Both the position numbers and the translations under genes were made by a program. The notes below the pieces were generated by a model. That model was not told where the DNA came from, did no database searches, and was given only the letters and a program-made list of their open reading frames with translations. From contig OZ253564.1 of the NCBI GenBank assembly GCA_965262915.1, forward strand, positions 928,001 through 992,000: a stretch of DNA of 64,000 bases. The letters are read 5' to 3'. This document shows, one piece after another, positions 47,992-57,111 of this stretch. The stretch comes from Candidatus Spongiisociaceae bacterium. Lineage in GTDB: Bacteria > Actinomycetota > Acidimicrobiia > Spongiisociales > Spongiisociaceae. The number at the start of each line of letters is the position of its first letter. Within the stretch, counting starts at the first letter, position 1.

Positions 47992-50373
47992 TCAGCACTC
48001 TCCTAGTCCGAAGCGTCTCCTCAAGGCAGAGGCTGCTGCTTCGGCTGTGCGTATGTACCTCAGCAGTTTCTCGGGCTGGAGAGGCATCTCGGTGATGCGG
48101 AGATCCAGCGGATGGAGAGCGTCCTCGACGGCATTGACAATGGCGGCGGGAGCACCCACCGTCCCCCCCTCGCCGCAGCCCTTGATCCCCAGTTCGTTCA
48201 GCGGGGTGGGAAACTCCTGGTGGTGCACCTCGATGGGCGGAACGTCGAGGGCGCGTGGTAAGCGATAGTCGACGAAGCTGCTGGTTTGGAGGTTTCCGAC
48301 TTCGTCGTAGATCGCTTCCTCGGACAGCGCGTTGCCGATTCCGTGGACGACGCCGCCGACGATCTGGCCTTCGACTACGGCGGGGTTGATGATGTTGCCC
48401 GCGTCGTGGACGATGACGTAGCGGTCGAGCGTTACGTGTCCGGTGTCGCGATCCACCTCGACCGTGGCGATGTGGGTTCCCGACGACCAGGTAACGGTGG
48501 GGGAGGCGAAGTAGTTGATCGCCTCCAGCCCGGCTTCCGTCCCCTGCGAGGAGTCCGCGCCGGGAATCCGGTGGCCTGTCCGTGCGACCTCGGCGAGGGT
48601 CATGATCTCTCTGCCGGACCCGTCACGGACCGCCCCGTCGACGATCGTGAGCAGGGAAGGATCGAGACCGTGGATGCGGGCTGCGATGCCGATCGCCTTG
48701 TCTCGGAGTTTTCTGGCGGCGCCATCGATCGCCATGCTGCCGGTTACCGCAGTCCGGCTGGCGAACGTTCCTCCACCTTGGCTGATCAGGGCGGTGTCGC
48801 CGTCCCGGAGCGAGATCGAATCGATATCGACACCCAGCGCATCGGCGCACACTTGGGCGAGGGTGGTCTCGTGGCTCTGGCCGTGGTTGTTCGAACCGCT
48901 GAGGATCGTCACCGCCCCCGTACCGTCGACCCTGACGATGGCACCTTCGGGAGGACCGAAACCGGTTCCCTCCATGTGAGCGGCTATTCCGATGCCGACA
49001 TGGCGGCCCTCGGCCCGTGAGCCGGCCTGGCGAGTCCGGAAGTCCTCGTAGCCGATCGCCTCCAGAGCCATCTCGAGCTGGGCGGGAAAGTCTCCGCTGT
49101 CGTACACCGACGGTTTGCCGTCGCGGTAGGGCACCCCGGTGTCGAAGGGCATCGCATCGGAAGGAATGAGGTTGATCCTCCTTACCTCGGCCGGGTCTAG
49201 GTCGAGTCGGCGGGCGACCCTCTCCAGTACCCGTTCGATCACGAAGGCGGCCGTGACCCGGCCGGCGCCGCGGGCGGGGGCGTTAGGCGTCTTGTTGGTG
49301 ATCACGCAGGTCGCCTCGGCCTCGTAGTTGTCGATCCGGTACTGGCTCCGCAGGTGCGAGATGGTGTTGTACGGCACCACCAGCCCGTAGAAGTTGGCTA
49401 TCCCCATGTCGACGAGGATGCGGTCCCGGAGCGCCAGGATCCGGCCCCGGCGATCGAACCCCGCCTCGACATCATGGATCTGATCGCGTGCATGCCGGGC
49501 GTTCACCAGGTTCTCCGCCCGGTCCTCGATCCAGCGCACCGGACGACCGATCCGGCGGGCCAGGTAGGGAATCAGGATGTCCTCGTAGTAGACGCCGCCA
49601 CCGAAGCTGCCGCCCATATCGGGGCAGATAACCCGGATGCGGTCCTCGGCCAGTCCGAGAATCCCGCCGATCACCTTGCGGGCGAGATGCTGCATCTGGG
49701 TGGCGGACCATACGGTGAGTTCGTCACTCTCCGGATCGAACCGGGCGAGCACGGCTCTGGTTCCCAGCGGGCTCCCGATCTGCCGCCGGATGGTGAACCG
49801 GAAGGCGGCGGTGTGCTCGGCGGTGCCGAGGGCCACGTCGACATCCCCCACCGCGACCGAAACCCGGCTCTGGACGTTGTTGCCGAGTTCGTCGTGGATG
49901 ACGGGTGCATCGGGATGCAACCCGGATTCGGGATCCAGAACCGGATCCAGAGGCTCGTAGTCGATCGAGATGAGGCGCTCGGCGTCCTCCGCCAGGTAGC
50001 GGTTCTCAGCCACGACCAGGGCGATCGGCTCGCCGACCCTCCTCACCCGTTCGCCGGCGAGGAGCGGGACATCGTGCGCCTTCTCCACCGGTAGGAGCAG
50101 GTCGGCGAAAGCAGCGGGTGAGCGGTGGTAGGGCCGGTAGGTACCGACGTCGGTCAGGTCAGCGGCGGTGACCACGTCTACGACCCCCGGTGCCCGGAGC
50201 GCCGCAGAAACGTCGATGCTCCTGATCAGCGCGTGGGCGTGGGGGCTGCGCTTGACGACCGCTTCGAGGATGTCCGGTAGGCGAATATCGGACACGAAGC
50301 AGGCCGTGCCCTTGAGGAACCTCTCGTCCTCCCGACGGAGAACCGGCTTGCCGAAGCTCGGACTGCGGGTCAT
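47992..50373 (-). CDS. Xanthine dehydrogenase family molybdopterin-binding subunit (CoxL form II-like)
   Basis: RREDERFLKG, RSPHAHA, GGSFG, RGAGR, HGQSHET and KGCGEGG; ATGA overlap at 50370-50373. Confidence 0.93.
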   Translation of the reverse strand: MTRSPSFGKPVLRREDERFLKGTACFVSDIRLPDILEAVVKRSPHAHALIRSIDVSAALRAPGVVDVVTAADLTDVGTYRPYHRSPAAFADLLLPVEKAHDVPLLAGERVRRVGEPIALVVAENRYLAEDAERLISIDYEPLDPVLDPESGLHPDAPVIHDELGNNVQSRVSVAVGDVDVALGTAEHTAAFRFTIRRQIGSPLGTRAVLARFDPESDELTVWSATQMQHLARKVIGGILGLAEDRIRVICPDMGGSFGGGVYYEDILIPYLARRIGRPVRWIEDRAENLVNARHARDQIHDVEAGFDRRGRILALRDRILVDMGIANFYGLVVPYNTISHLRSQYRIDNYEAEATCVITNKTPNAPARGAGRVTAAFVIERVLERVARRLDLDPAEVRRINLIPSDAMPFDTGVPYRDGKPSVYDSGDFPAQLEMALEAIGYEDFRTRQAGSRAEGRHVGIGIAAHMEGTGFGPPEGAIVRVDGTGAVTILSGSNNHGQSHETTLAQVCADALGVDIDSISLRDGDTALISQGGGTFASRTAVTGSMAIDGAARKLRDKAIGIAARIHGLDPSLLTIVDGAVRDGSGREIMTLAEVARTGHRIPGADSSQGTEAGLEAINYFASPTVTWSSGTHIATVEVDRDTGHVTLDRYVIVHDAGNIINPAVVEGQIVGGVVHGIGNALSEEAIYDEVGNLQTSSFVDYRLPRALDVPPIEVHHQEFPTPLNELGIKGCGEGGTVGAPAAIVNAVEDALHPLDLRITEMPLQPEKLLRYIRTAEAAASALRRRFGLGEC

Positions 50374-50867
50374 GGGTCCATCCGTCCTGACTTGCATCGA
50401 GCTGCCTGGATAGCCGCGCTGACGATGGTCTGGTAGCCGGTGCATCGGCACAGATTCCCGCTGAGGCGATGCCGGATCTCGTCTTCGGCAGGAGGTTCGG
50501 GTCCCGCGTGGTTCTGTAGGAGCGAGAACAGATTCACGAGGACGCCGGGGGTACAGAACCCACACTGGAGAGCGAAGTTCTCGTGAAAAGCAGTCTGCAG
50601 GTCGACCATGGTGCGGTCACCGTCCAGCCCTTCGAGGGTGGTGATCGATCGGCCCTCGGTCTGGAGGGCGAAGATCAAGCACGATGTGGCCGGCTCGCCG
50701 TCGACGAGCACCATGCAGCCCCCGCACGTCCCTTCCTCGCATCCGAGGTGGATGCTCCGCATCTCGATCCGGTCCCGCAGAACGTCGGCGAGCAGCATGC
50801 GGGGTTCGATAACGAGGGTATGTTCGGTGCCGTTGACACGCAGCGTGACGGGTACGGACTCGTTCAT
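50370..50867 (-). CDS. (2Fe-2S)-binding subunit (CoxS-like)
   Basis: GCEEGTCGGC, QCGFCTPG and NLCRCTGY. Confidence 0.95.
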   Translation of the reverse strand: MNESVPVTLRVNGTEHTLVIEPRMLLADVLRDRIEMRSIHLGCEEGTCGGCMVLVDGEPATSCLIFALQTEGRSITTLEGLDGDRTMVDLQTAFHENFALQCGFCTPGVLVNLFSLLQNHAGPEPPAEDEIRHRLSGNLCRCTGYQTIVSAAIQAARCKSGRMDP

Positions 50868-51736
50868 GACCGGCCCGCGGACGCCCTCGCCAGTGCCGAC
50901 CGGAGCGCTCTGGCCACCACGACCGGCGCCACCCAGCGCCGGTAATCCTCCGATCCGTGGATGTCGCCCACCGGAGCTATATCCTTCTCTACGGCTGCGG
51001 CCATCGCCTCGATGTCCGAGCCGGCGGGGCTGCCCATGAGGGCGACCTCGACCGATGGTGCCCTACATGGGGTTGCGGCCAGGCCGATGAGCGCCACCCG
51101 GGCACTCTCGACGTGAGAACCGTCGAGGGTGACGACCGCGGCCGCCCCGGCCACTGCCGGGTCACCGTGCCGCGGCGCTACCTCGGCAAAAGCCGCGCCC
51201 GATCGGGAGCCGGGCAGTTCGAGCGTCACCATGGTGATCAGCTCGGAACTCGCCAGGCTGGTCGAGTAGGGGCCGGTGAACAGTCGGTCGATCCCTACCG
51301 GCCGGGGCTCGGTCGGTCCCGCGACGTGGCATATCCCGTCGAGCACGAGGGCGACCGCGCTCCATTCGGCGTCGGGGTCGGCGTGCGCCAGGCTCCCGAC
51401 CACGGTACCCATCGTCCGGACCGGATAGTGTCCGATGTGAGCGGCTGCGTCCGTTATCAGAGCGTGTCCCCGGTCGGCGGCCCAGCGCTCGAGCGATCGG
51501 TGGGTCACCATGGCGCCGAGCGAGAGGGTACGGTGGCCGTCGAAGGAGATATCGTGCATCCCGTCGATCCTTCGGAGGTCAACCAGCACCTCCGGTTCGA
51601 CCAGGCGGTGGCGAAGCATCGGGATGAGGCTCTGCCCCCCCGCCAGGACCCGGCCCCTGCCACCCGCCTCGGCCAGCATCCCGGTAGCCTCGTGGACGGT
51701 GGTCGGCGCGGCGTATCGCAGAGGCGGTGGCTTCAT
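50864..51736 (-). CDS. FAD-binding subunit (CoxM-like)
   Basis: MKPPP, LAGGQSLIP, GTVVGSLAHADP and DIHGSEDYR. Confidence 0.94.
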   Translation of the reverse strand: MKPPPLRYAAPTTVHEATGMLAEAGGRGRVLAGGQSLIPMLRHRLVEPEVLVDLRRIDGMHDISFDGHRTLSLGAMVTHRSLERWAADRGHALITDAAAHIGHYPVRTMGTVVGSLAHADPDAEWSAVALVLDGICHVAGPTEPRPVGIDRLFTGPYSTSLASSELITMVTLELPGSRSGAAFAEVAPRHGDPAVAGAAAVVTLDGSHVESARVALIGLAATPCRAPSVEVALMGSPAGSDIEAMAAAVEKDIAPVGDIHGSEDYRRWVAPVVVARALRSALARASAGRS

Positions 51737-51837
51737 GTGGTTAGAGTGTCCGATCGGGGAGCAGCAGCCATCCGTCGAGGAGGCTGATCTTCATGGTAAC
51801 GCCGCTCCGAGGCGCCGTATAACGAGAGGTATGGCAG

Positions 51838-52239
51838 ATGGAAGACCTCGCGATAGGGTTGCTGAGAGCCACGATGGGCGCCGTTTTCGTCGCCCACGGT
51901 TGGCCGAAGGTCTTCAGGAACACCGCCACCGCCCACGGACCACGCCGTACCGAACAGCTGCTGCGGAGCAAAGGCGTTCCCTATCCGGCCGTGGTAGCGC
52001 AGCTCGCCGGATATGTGGAGTTGGTAGGCGGATCGATGGTGTTCCTGGGCCTGTTCACACGGGTGGCAGTCATCCCGCTGATCGTGATCCTGATCCTTGC
52101 GATTCCGATGGTCAAGTGGAAGAACGGGTTCGTGGATGGATGGGATTGGCCTTTTACCCTGATCATCGTGGGCATAGTCCTGCTGATGCTCGGCTCCGGC
52201 GAGATGAGCATCGACGCCCTTCTCGGCCTGGCCGGCTGA
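51838..52239 (+). CDS. DoxX family membrane protein
   Basis: LLR...FVAHGWPK, E..GG...LGLFTR and GSGEMSID. Confidence 0.9.
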   Translation: MEDLAIGLLRATMGAVFVAHGWPKVFRNTATAHGPRRTEQLLRSKGVPYPAVVAQLAGYVELVGGSMVFLGLFTRVAVIPLIVILILAIPMVKWKNGFVDGWDWPFTLIIVGIVLLMLGSGEMSIDALLGLAG

Positions 52240-52314
52240 AGGGGTACTCGATGAAGCTGATGCCCGTTCCTGCGGGCTACCCGACCACACCAAGATAGGA
52301 GGAGGGCTCCGAAG

Positions 52315-53580
52315 ATGAACGAGATACTGGAGAGGCTGAGCCCTGCCTTCACCTCCGAACTCCGAGACGAGATGGTGGGCATGACGTGCGATCTCGTCGA
52401 CATCCCGAGTCCCACCGGAGAGGAAGGTCGGATAGCCGACTACGTGGCTCACCGGTTCCGGGAGATCGGAATGGACATCGAACTTCAGGAGGTTGAACCC
52501 GACAGGTACAACGTCATAGCCAGGTTGAGAGGCCGAGGAAGGGGTCGCAGCCTCCTGCTGGGGGCACACTTCGATACCGGGATGACCGGAAAGGATCCCG
52601 GAATGCCGTTCGGTCTTCTACCAAAGGCGACCCTGGACGGTACCGGCTGGATCTACGGCCTCGGTGTTTCCAACATGAAGTCGGCATTCGCCGCGTACTA
52701 CGGGGCTATCCGAGCGATACAGGACTCGAACCTCGACCTCCGCGGCGACATCATCGTCGCCGGTGTCATAGGGGAGACGGAGAAGTCCCCCACAGACGAG
52801 TTCGCGGGTCCCGCATACCGGGCCGGAGGGTGGGGAACCATGTACGCGGCCCAGCACGGCGTCGTGGCGGATGCGGCCATCATCGGCGAACCCACCGGGC
52901 TGAGAGTGCAGACCGGTAACTCCAGCTACATCTTCGCCAAGGTGACGACCCGCGGCGTATCGCGCCACACATGGTCCAAGGAACACGGGGATGACGCCAT
53001 CGAGAAGGCTGTCCGCGTGCTGGACGCCTTCCGGGCTTGGGAACCGGAGTTCGCCGCCGGCCACGATCATCCGACCATGGGTACCCGGATCGGTTTCGGA
53101 GCGATCCGGGGTGGTAATCCCTTCCAGCCGGCGGTCAACCCGGCTCGCAGCTGCACCCTGTACCTCGACTTCCGCTTCCCACCTACCGCCACCATCATGG
53201 ACGTGCATCGCCAGGTCAGGGGGTTCCTCGACGATCTCCGCGAGCGGGACCCGGTGTTGGAGACCGAACTCTCCTTCTACCTGTGCCGCAACGGGTACGA
53301 GATCAGCGATGACGAGCCCCTCGTCCAGACGGTCGAACGCGCTCACCAGGCGGTGTTCGAAACCCCTTCGAGCCATGTCGAGCCCTACCGCTACGACGTG
53401 TCCGCCGACACCTCGATACTTCACGAATACGGGGTGCCGGCCCTGACGTACGGCCCGGGTGGTATCCGAAAGGACGGCGTCTACGACGTGTACGACCAGT
53501 ACGGAGAGATTGTTTCGATCGAGAATCTGGTCCGCTGCACCCAGGTCTACGCGCAGTGCATCGTTGACATCTGCGGCTAG
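52315..53580 (+). CDS. M20 family (ArgE/DapE-like) metallohydrolase
   Basis: IPSPTGEE, GAHFDT, IYGLGVSNMK, IIGEPT and YGPG. Confidence 0.88.
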   Translation: MNEILERLSPAFTSELRDEMVGMTCDLVDIPSPTGEEGRIADYVAHRFREIGMDIELQEVEPDRYNVIARLRGRGRGRSLLLGAHFDTGMTGKDPGMPFGLLPKATLDGTGWIYGLGVSNMKSAFAAYYGAIRAIQDSNLDLRGDIIVAGVIGETEKSPTDEFAGPAYRAGGWGTMYAAQHGVVADAAIIGEPTGLRVQTGNSSYIFAKVTTRGVSRHTWSKEHGDDAIEKAVRVLDAFRAWEPEFAAGHDHPTMGTRIGFGAIRGGNPFQPAVNPARSCTLYLDFRFPPTATIMDVHRQVRGFLDDLRERDPVLETELSFYLCRNGYEISDDEPLVQTVERAHQAVFETPSSHVEPYRYDVSADTSILHEYGVPALTYGPGGIRKDGVYDVYDQYGEIVSIENLVRCTQVYAQCIVDICG

Positions 53581-53726
53581 CCGGCCAGCAGGCAAGAGCG
53601 GAGCGCGTCCATCGCTTTTCGTACGGGTTCTGGAAAAACTAGATGTATACCGTATATCTGGACGCCTATACTCGCCCGATGACCAATCAGGACTGGGTCG
53701 AACGGACCTAATGTGAGCGATGGATC

Positions 53727-54653
53727 GTGAGGGTCGAAGAAGTCTCGTTCTACTCGGAAGGAGACAGCATCTCGGCGATCCTGCGTCTCCCGGACGGGGA
53801 GCCGGACCGCCCTTACCCCGCGGTCGTCCAAGGTCCCGGTTGGCTCGGTCTCAAGGACGCTCAGCTCTACCTCCGGTATCACGAAGCGCTCACCGGCGCG
53901 GGTATCGCGGTGCTGATCTTCGACTATCGCGGGTTCGGCGGGTCCGAAGGAGCGAGCGACCTCCTCCTGCCCTCCCGCCAGCTGGAAGACCTCATCAATG
54001 CTGTGACCTACCTGGCGTCACGACCGGACATCGACGAGGACAACATCGGCGCGTTCGGGAGCGGGGGAACCGGCGGAGGGAATGCGGTGATGCTGGCCGC
54101 GGCGGATCCTCGGATCGGCTGTGCCGTTTCCCAAGTCCCCGTCGCTGATGGAGAGGACTGGCTTCGCCGGATGCGCCGCGAGTACGAGTGGCACGAGCTC
54201 CTGGATTCCCTTGCCGCCGACCGTACCAGTCGGGTGTTGACCGGGGAGAGCAGGCTGGTGCATCCTCGCGAGGACATCATGCTGCAGACACCGGAGCGAC
54301 GGACCACGAAGGTCAAGAAAGATGTCGACTCGCGTGTTCCCACCAGGGTGCAGTTACGCAGCGTGGATGGCCTGCTGGCTTACAAACCGATCGAGGTAGT
54401 GGACAAGATCGAGGACGCCCCGCTCCTCATCATCGCCGTGGAGGACGACCCGGTTACCCCCACCGATCACGCGGTTGCCCTTTACGAGCGCGCCCGCCCC
54501 CCCAAGAAGCTCATCATGCAGCGCCACACGACCCACTACGGCGCCTACGCACAATATGGAGATACGGTCGCTCCCCAGATTGCCGCCTGGTTCACCGAGC
54601 ATCTACGGCGGGGACCCGTCCGGCTCCACCATGACCCTGGAGGAACAACGTGA
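53727..54653 (+). CDS. Alpha/beta fold hydrolase
   Basis: FDYRGFGGSEG, IGAFGSGGTGGG, EDDPVTP and THY. Confidence 0.88.
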   Translation: MRVEEVSFYSEGDSISAILRLPDGEPDRPYPAVVQGPGWLGLKDAQLYLRYHEALTGAGIAVLIFDYRGFGGSEGASDLLLPSRQLEDLINAVTYLASRPDIDEDNIGAFGSGGTGGGNAVMLAAADPRIGCAVSQVPVADGEDWLRRMRREYEWHELLDSLAADRTSRVLTGESRLVHPREDIMLQTPERRTTKVKKDVDSRVPTRVQLRSVDGLLAYKPIEVVDKIEDAPLLIIAVEDDPVTPTDHAVALYERARPPKKLIMQRHTTHYGAYAQYGDTVAPQIAAWFTEHLRRGPVRLHHDPGGTT

Positions 54654-56023
54654 CACACGACCTGGCCGTAGTAGGCGGAACGCTCGTATCCGGCTCGGGT
54701 CGACGCCGCGCCGATCTCCTGATCTCCGATGGGCGGGTAGCCGAGGTCAGATCCGGCGACGGCGCCGGCCAGGAGGCGCGTCAGGTGGTCGACGCCACCG
54801 GCAAGCTGGTGCTCCCCGGCATGGTCGACGTGCACGTGCACACTCGGGATCCCGGTTACACGCACAAGGAAGACCTGATCACCTGCACCCGGGCTGCGGC
54901 AGCCGGCGGGGTGACGACCATCTTCGGGATGCCCAACCTCGATCCCCCCACCGTCACCAGGACCCATCTCAGTGACGTACTGGATCTGTACCGCACCAAG
55001 AGCATTGTCGACTACAACCACAACCCGGTACCCACCCACGGCGAGACCGAAGCGATGGCTGAGGCTGGAGTGGCGGCTTTCAAGGTCTACATGGTGGTGG
55101 ACACGGGTCGTACGTATCCGCATCCGGCCGGTACGGGTATACACGACCACGGCCACCTGCTGCAGATGTTCGAGGATGTTGAAGCCACCGGGCGGATCTT
55201 CATGGTCCACCCACACGACCAAGCCCTGATGGACCATGTTGAGCAGGGCTACTGGAAGAGGGGGGACCGCAGTCCCGAAGCCTATGCCAAGACCCTTGCA
55301 ACCCACGACGGCATCATCTGGGACACCGCAACCGCCACCCTGCTCCGGATGGCCAAGGCCACCGGGTGCCGTCTCCACATCGTCCACGTGCAGACCACCG
55401 AGGGGATAGCGATGATCCGCCGGGCCAAGGAGGAGGGCCTGCCGATCACCGCCGAGGTCAACCACTGGGCCCTGTTTCTCGGTAGTTGGGATGATGTGCT
55501 CGAACTCGGTCCCTATTGCCTGTCCTACTGGGTGCCCGATCACCACAAGGCCGCTGTCTGGGACGCCATCAACGATGGGACGATCGACATCGTGTCGTCG
55601 GATCATGCCCCCCACACCCGGGCCGAGAAGGACGTGGGCTGGGAGGACATGTGGGCGGCCCACACGGGCACACCGGGGATCCAGCATCAGGTGCCGTTGC
55701 TGCTCGACGCGGCTAGCCGGGGGAAGCTGACCATCGAGCGGGTGGTGGAGTTGACGGCCGAAGCGCCGGCTCGGTCCTTCGACATAGCCTCCAAGGGCTA
55801 TCTCGAACCCGGGTTCGATGCGGACCTGATGATCGTCGACCCGTCCAAGGAGTGGACCATCAGACACCAGGACGTGCTGTCCAAGATCGGATGGACCCCT
55901 TATGACGGCCGCCAAGTGGTGGGGGCGGTGGAATGCACCTTCCTTAGGGGTACCGAGATCTACGGTGACGGAACCGTCAAGGGCAGGCCCGGATACGGTC
56001 GTCACGTGAAACCCAGCCAATAG
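54650..56023 (+). CDS. Cyclic amidohydrolase (dihydroorotase/allantoinase-like)
   Basis: PGMVDVHVH, AAAGGVTT, FKVYM, SDHAPH and GFDADL. Confidence 0.92.
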   Translation: MTHDLAVVGGTLVSGSGRRRADLLISDGRVAEVRSGDGAGQEARQVVDATGKLVLPGMVDVHVHTRDPGYTHKEDLITCTRAAAAGGVTTIFGMPNLDPPTVTRTHLSDVLDLYRTKSIVDYNHNPVPTHGETEAMAEAGVAAFKVYMVVDTGRTYPHPAGTGIHDHGHLLQMFEDVEATGRIFMVHPHDQALMDHVEQGYWKRGDRSPEAYAKTLATHDGIIWDTATATLLRMAKATGCRLHIVHVQTTEGIAMIRRAKEEGLPITAEVNHWALFLGSWDDVLELGPYCLSYWVPDHHKAAVWDAINDGTIDIVSSDHAPHTRAEKDVGWEDMWAAHTGTPGIQHQVPLLLDAASRGKLTIERVVELTAEAPARSFDIASKGYLEPGFDADLMIVDPSKEWTIRHQDVLSKIGWTPYDGRQVVGAVECTFLRGTEIYGDGTVKGRPGYGRHVKPSQ

Positions 56024-56042
56024 AAACAAGAGGATTACCGGT

Positions 56043-57035
56043 ATGAAACTTGGCTTGCTCCTGCCCCATTTCGGTGTTTACGCCAACCGCGAGCGAATCC
56101 TGATCGGCTCGCGCCTGGCCGAAGAGCTGGGGTTCGACTCTCTGTGGGTTCGGGACCATCTCGTGTTCGAGCCCCACGCGGAACTGGAGAACCCGAACAT
56201 CGTGTTCTACGAAGCCCTCACGACCCTCACGGCGGTGGGTGCCGTGACCGACCACATCACGCTCGGAACGGGATCACTGATCCCGTTCCGCCATCCGATC
56301 CACACCGCCCTGTCAGTCGGTTCGCTCGCACAGCTGGTGGGCGATCGGATCATCCTCGGCTATGGCGCGGGTACGTTCGATCACGAGTTCGAGGCCATCG
56401 GCATGCCAGGCATCTTCCGTCCCGAACTGGTCGAGTCGAACGCCAACATCCTCAAGCGTCTCTTCTCCGAGGACAACGTGGATTACGTCGATGATCATTA
56501 CGAGATCAAGGCGATCTCGATCGAACCGAAGCCTACCGGCCCCGTTCCCTTCTGGTATTGCGGGTCGACACCGGCTTCCGCCCGCCGGGCAGTCAGGTAC
56601 TGCGACGGCTGGATGCCGGGAAGGACCACCCTGGCCACCATCGAAAAGAGAGTGGCGGCGATGGACAGGATGGCTGCCGAAGCAGGCCGGAGCCGTCCCA
56701 CGGTTGCGGTCATCCCCCCGACCTCCATCGCCAAGACCCGCGAGGAGGCTTTCGATGGCCTCAACATCGACGGCCTGCTGAGGTGGGCCAACGAACGCGG
56801 CAAATGGTGGGTGAAGCCTCCTTCGGGTGTATTCGAGACCGCGGCCGACATCGAAGGTTCGCTGATCGCTGGGTCACCCGACGACGTGGTGGAGGAGGTG
56901 ACCAAGTTTGCCGCCGTCGGAGTGGAACACCTAGTTTTCGACCTGCGGCTCAGGTTCGACAGGTGGTTCGAGTCGATCGAGCTGCTCGGGGATCAGGTCC
57001 TTCCGCGGTTGAGAGAACTGGGCTTGGCGGATTGA
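56043..57035 (+). CDS. LLM class flavin-dependent oxidoreductase (paralog 3)
   Basis: LGLLLPHFG, LGFDSLWVRDH and CDGWMPG. Confidence 0.92.
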   Translation: MKLGLLLPHFGVYANRERILIGSRLAEELGFDSLWVRDHLVFEPHAELENPNIVFYEALTTLTAVGAVTDHITLGTGSLIPFRHPIHTALSVGSLAQLVGDRIILGYGAGTFDHEFEAIGMPGIFRPELVESNANILKRLFSEDNVDYVDDHYEIKAISIEPKPTGPVPFWYCGSTPASARRAVRYCDGWMPGRTTLATIEKRVAAMDRMAAEAGRSRPTVAVIPPTSIAKTREEAFDGLNIDGLLRWANERGKWWVKPPSGVFETAADIEGSLIAGSPDDVVEEVTKFAAVGVEHLVFDLRLRFDRWFESIELLGDQVLPRLRELGLAD

Positions 57036-57111
57036 TCCGAGTTCGTCCGGTCTGTTCGGGCGATAGCAGCGCGGCGTCATCACCGCAGGAGGTACAGTCG
57101 GGGGCCGGGTC

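Noticed and set aside
47992-51736. Aerobic CO dehydrogenase (form I)
   Set aside because: Lacks AYxCSFR and no coxDEFG accessory genes are nearby
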